DNA of 24,000 nt, taken from Nocardioides sp. PD653-B2 (GTDB lineage: Bacteria; Actinomycetota; Actinomycetes; Propionibacteriales; Nocardioidaceae). The notes below the pieces were generated by a model, which saw only the letters and a program-made list of their open reading frames with translations, had not been told where the DNA came from and did not search any database. The position numbers and the translations under genes were made by a program. Below, one piece after another: positions 22,312-24,000 of this stretch. The stretch is taken from contig NZ_BDJE01000011.1 in assembly GCF_002117935.1 (NCBI RefSeq), forward strand, positions 8,425 to 32,424, written 5' to 3'. How positions within the stretch are numbered: position 1 is the first letter of the stretch; every line of letters begins with the position of its first letter.

Positions 22312-22898
22312 GCGCGGCGGTAACGCGGGTTCGCGACGATCTCCGGGCCGCGCTCGCCCTCGACCACGATGACGGGGAAGCCCTGCTCGGCGATGGTGGC
22401 GTAGTCGTAGCCCGCGTCGCCGATGTAGACCGCGTAGAACACCAGCGGCTCGTCGCCGGTGTTCACCGAGCGGTGGGCCCAGTGGCCGGGCACGTAGTTC
22501 ACGATGCCCGGGCGCATCTCCTTGGTCTCGGTGGTGCCGTCCTCGAGCGCCATCACCAGCAGGCCCTGGCCGGACAGCGTCAGGTAGATCTCGGCGCGGT
22601 CGCGGGTGGCGTGGAAGTGACCCTTGGTCATGAAGTACTCGTCGCCGACCTTGCCCGGCTGGAGCACCGTGGTCGAGGAGAGGAGGTTGTTGTTCGTCGC
22701 CGGGACCCGGATCTCGTGCACGCTGTACATGTCGCCGTCGGCCGGGGTCGCCGTCTCGACGTCGCTGAGGAAGTAGCCCGCCAGATCGGCGAGACCGCGC
22801 CGCAGGACGACCGGGTCGGGCGTCAGGTCACCGGACTCGAAGTCGATGTACACCGTGAAGGGCACCAGGGCGCCCTCGGGCAGGTCGGTCGTGGTCAT
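22308..22898 (-). CDS. Cupin-type sugar-phosphate isomerase (archaeal-type glucose-6-phosphate isomerase family)
   Basis: 196 aa. The cupin metal motif FMTKGHFHATRDRAEIYLTLSG ... NYVPGHWAHRSVN matches the T-x-G-H-[FY]-H...E-x-Y...H pattern of cPGI. A strong SD (AGGAGGG) lies 6 nt upstream of ATG 22898. Confidence 0.7.
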   Translation of the reverse strand: MTTTDLPEGALVPFTVYIDFESGDLTPDPVVLRRGLADLAGYFLSDVETATPADGDMYSVHEIRVPATNNNLLSSTTVLQPGKVGDEYFMTKGHFHATRDRAEIYLTLSGQGLLVMALEDGTTETKEMRPGIVNYVPGHWAHRSVNTGDEPLVFYAVYIGDAGYDYATIAEQGFPVIVVEGERGPEIVANPRYRRA

Positions 22899-22921
22899 GG
22901 GTCACCCTCCTGGGTGGTCGG

Positions 22922-23995
22922 TCAGGCGGACGCGGCGGCGGAGCGGAACTCCGGGTCGGCCAGGGCGGCACGCAGGATGCGGAGCACGGTCTCGGCTCCG
23001 CCACGCATCGGGTTGACGCGTACGGCGTACCGCTCCAGGCCGGGAGCGGACTTCAGGAACGTGCTGGTCAGGTAGGTGAAGAGCGGCAGGAACTCGAACT
23101 GCGCCTCCTCGCCCACCGACTGGCTGGGTGACCCGTTGCGCCAGGCCGAGCGCAGGAACTCCTCGGCCACGGGACGGTCGAAGAGCAAAACGGCGCACCG
23201 GATCCCCGGCTGCGCGGCGTAGGCGCCGGCGAGGAACGGGTAGTCCTCGCTGCCGACGCCTTCGGTCACCGCCTGGGCGACGTCCAGCACCGTCTGGTTC
23301 TGGACTGCCAGCGCGACCGGCGCGAACACCAGTGCGCGCAGGGCTGCCATCGCGTGCGGACCCTGGATCTGGCAGCCGGCCGAGGACAGGTCGCGGCGGA
23401 TCTGCCCGACCGAATCGCGGTCGGCGAGCACCGCACCGATCGGGTGGGGGGAGAGCAGCTTGAACAGCGACAGCGCCGAGGCGTCTGCCCCCATCTGGAC
23501 CCCGATCCGCGGCGAGCGCATCACTGCGTAGTTGTCGTCGACGAGGATGCGTACGTCGTTCCCGCACACCGACCGCACCAGGTCGATGACCCGGGCGACG
23601 TCGTGGCTGTCCCCCAGCCGCTGCGGGACGTGCTGGAGGTAGACCGATGCGGGGCGGTGCTCGCGCAGGTAGGCCTCGAGGCCCGCGGCGTCGTCGAAGC
23701 TGGAGTAGTCGACGGTGAGTCCCATGTGCCGCATCGCCGGCAGCGTGGTCTTGTAGGGGTGCGCCTCGTGCACGACGATCCGCGAGCCGGGCTCGACCAG
23801 ACCGTTGAGCATCGCGCGGATGGACCCGGTCCCGGCGCCGTGGATCAGCACGGCGTCCTCGGCGTCGAAGAACCGCGCGAGGACCTCCTCGACCCGCGCG
23901 GTCGCCCGGGGCCGTCCGCCGCCGCCGAACCCGACCGTGGCGAGCTCGCGGACCTGGCCGTAGTCCTCGACGAAGACCACGTCGGACCCCATCAC
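22922..23995 (-). CDS. Fold-type I PLP-dependent enzyme, YhfS-like (aminotransferase / C-S or C-N lyase-like)
   Basis: 357 aa and complete in the window. It contains VLIHGAGTGSIRAMLNGLVEPGSRIVVHEAHPYKTTLPAMRHMGL, VDDNYAVM, the lysine context LSLFKLLSPHPIG, and C-terminal VRVNPMRGGAETVLRIL. It is collinear with my recollection of E. coli YhfS. It is the first gene of a minus-strand three-gene operon. Confidence 0.65.
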   Translation of the reverse strand: MMGSDVVFVEDYGQVRELATVGFGGGGRPRATARVEEVLARFFDAEDAVLIHGAGTGSIRAMLNGLVEPGSRIVVHEAHPYKTTLPAMRHMGLTVDYSSFDDAAGLEAYLREHRPASVYLQHVPQRLGDSHDVARVIDLVRSVCGNDVRILVDDNYAVMRSPRIGVQMGADASALSLFKLLSPHPIGAVLADRDSVGQIRRDLSSAGCQIQGPHAMAALRALVFAPVALAVQNQTVLDVAQAVTEGVGSEDYPFLAGAYAAQPGIRCAVLLFDRPVAEEFLRSAWRNGSPSQSVGEEAQFEFLPLFTYLTSTFLKSAPGLERYAVRVNPMRGGAETVLRILRAALADPEFRSAAASA

Positions 23996-24000
23996 CTGCT

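Noticed and set aside
1-24000. A search for CRISPR arrays, IS elements/transposases, integrases, tRNA/rRNA genes, toxin-antitoxin pairs or defence-system signatures
   Set aside because: I saw no arrays of regularly spaced repeats, no terminal inverted repeats, no recombinase/transposase-like ORFs and no tRNA-like cloverleaf segments in the few intergenic gaps. GC composition is uniform apart from short promoter islands. The window looks like core or metabolic-accessory chromosome rather than a mobile island.

Overview
The window is very GC-rich and looks like actinobacterial chromosomal DNA. Real genes show third-codon-position GC of about 90% by eye. It is densely coding, with about 29 genes in 7-8 operon-like blocks, and many neighbouring genes are joined by 4-nt GTGA/ATGA start/stop overlaps. 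I saw no rRNA, tRNA, CRISPR array or mobile element.

Gene content from left to right:
1. The 3' end of an enolase-superfamily gene, followed by a HAD phosphatase.
2. A minus-strand CoA-dependent operon of unknown substrate: NIPSNAP, aldo/keto reductase, acyl-CoA synthetase, MaoC hydratase and a cyclase-family hydrolase, followed by a hotdog thioesterase.
3. kdgK-iclR-eda, the KDG kinase / KDPG aldolase module with its regulator embedded.
4. etfB-etfA, a GMC flavoprotein dehydrogenase, and a small gluconate-2-dehydrogenase subunit-3-like protein.
5. The most interesting part (12.4-24.0 kb): an actinobacterial counterpart of the uncharacterised E. coli php/yhfS-yhfZ gene set. It contains a phosphotriesterase-related protein, a DUF2620 protein, a stand-alone PRD protein, a phosphopentomutase-like mutase, an alanine-racemase-fold PLP protein and a YhfS-like PLP protein. 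Here the set is fused in one translationally coupled operon to its own HPr and PTS Enzyme I, and no Enzyme II component or permease is visible in the window. It is accompanied by an AroE-like dehydrogenase, a cupin-type sugar-phosphate isomerase, a 2-hydroxyacid dehydrogenase and a HutC/GntR regulator.

I propose, as inference, that block 5 is an undescribed PEP-dependent phosphorelay/catabolic system for a phosphorylated (amino-)sugar derivative.

Two sets of conserved operator-like motifs sit in the promoter regions. One is a TGCA-rich array shared by the kdgK and etf promoters. The other is a perfect 7-6-7 palindrome between php and the aroE-like gene.
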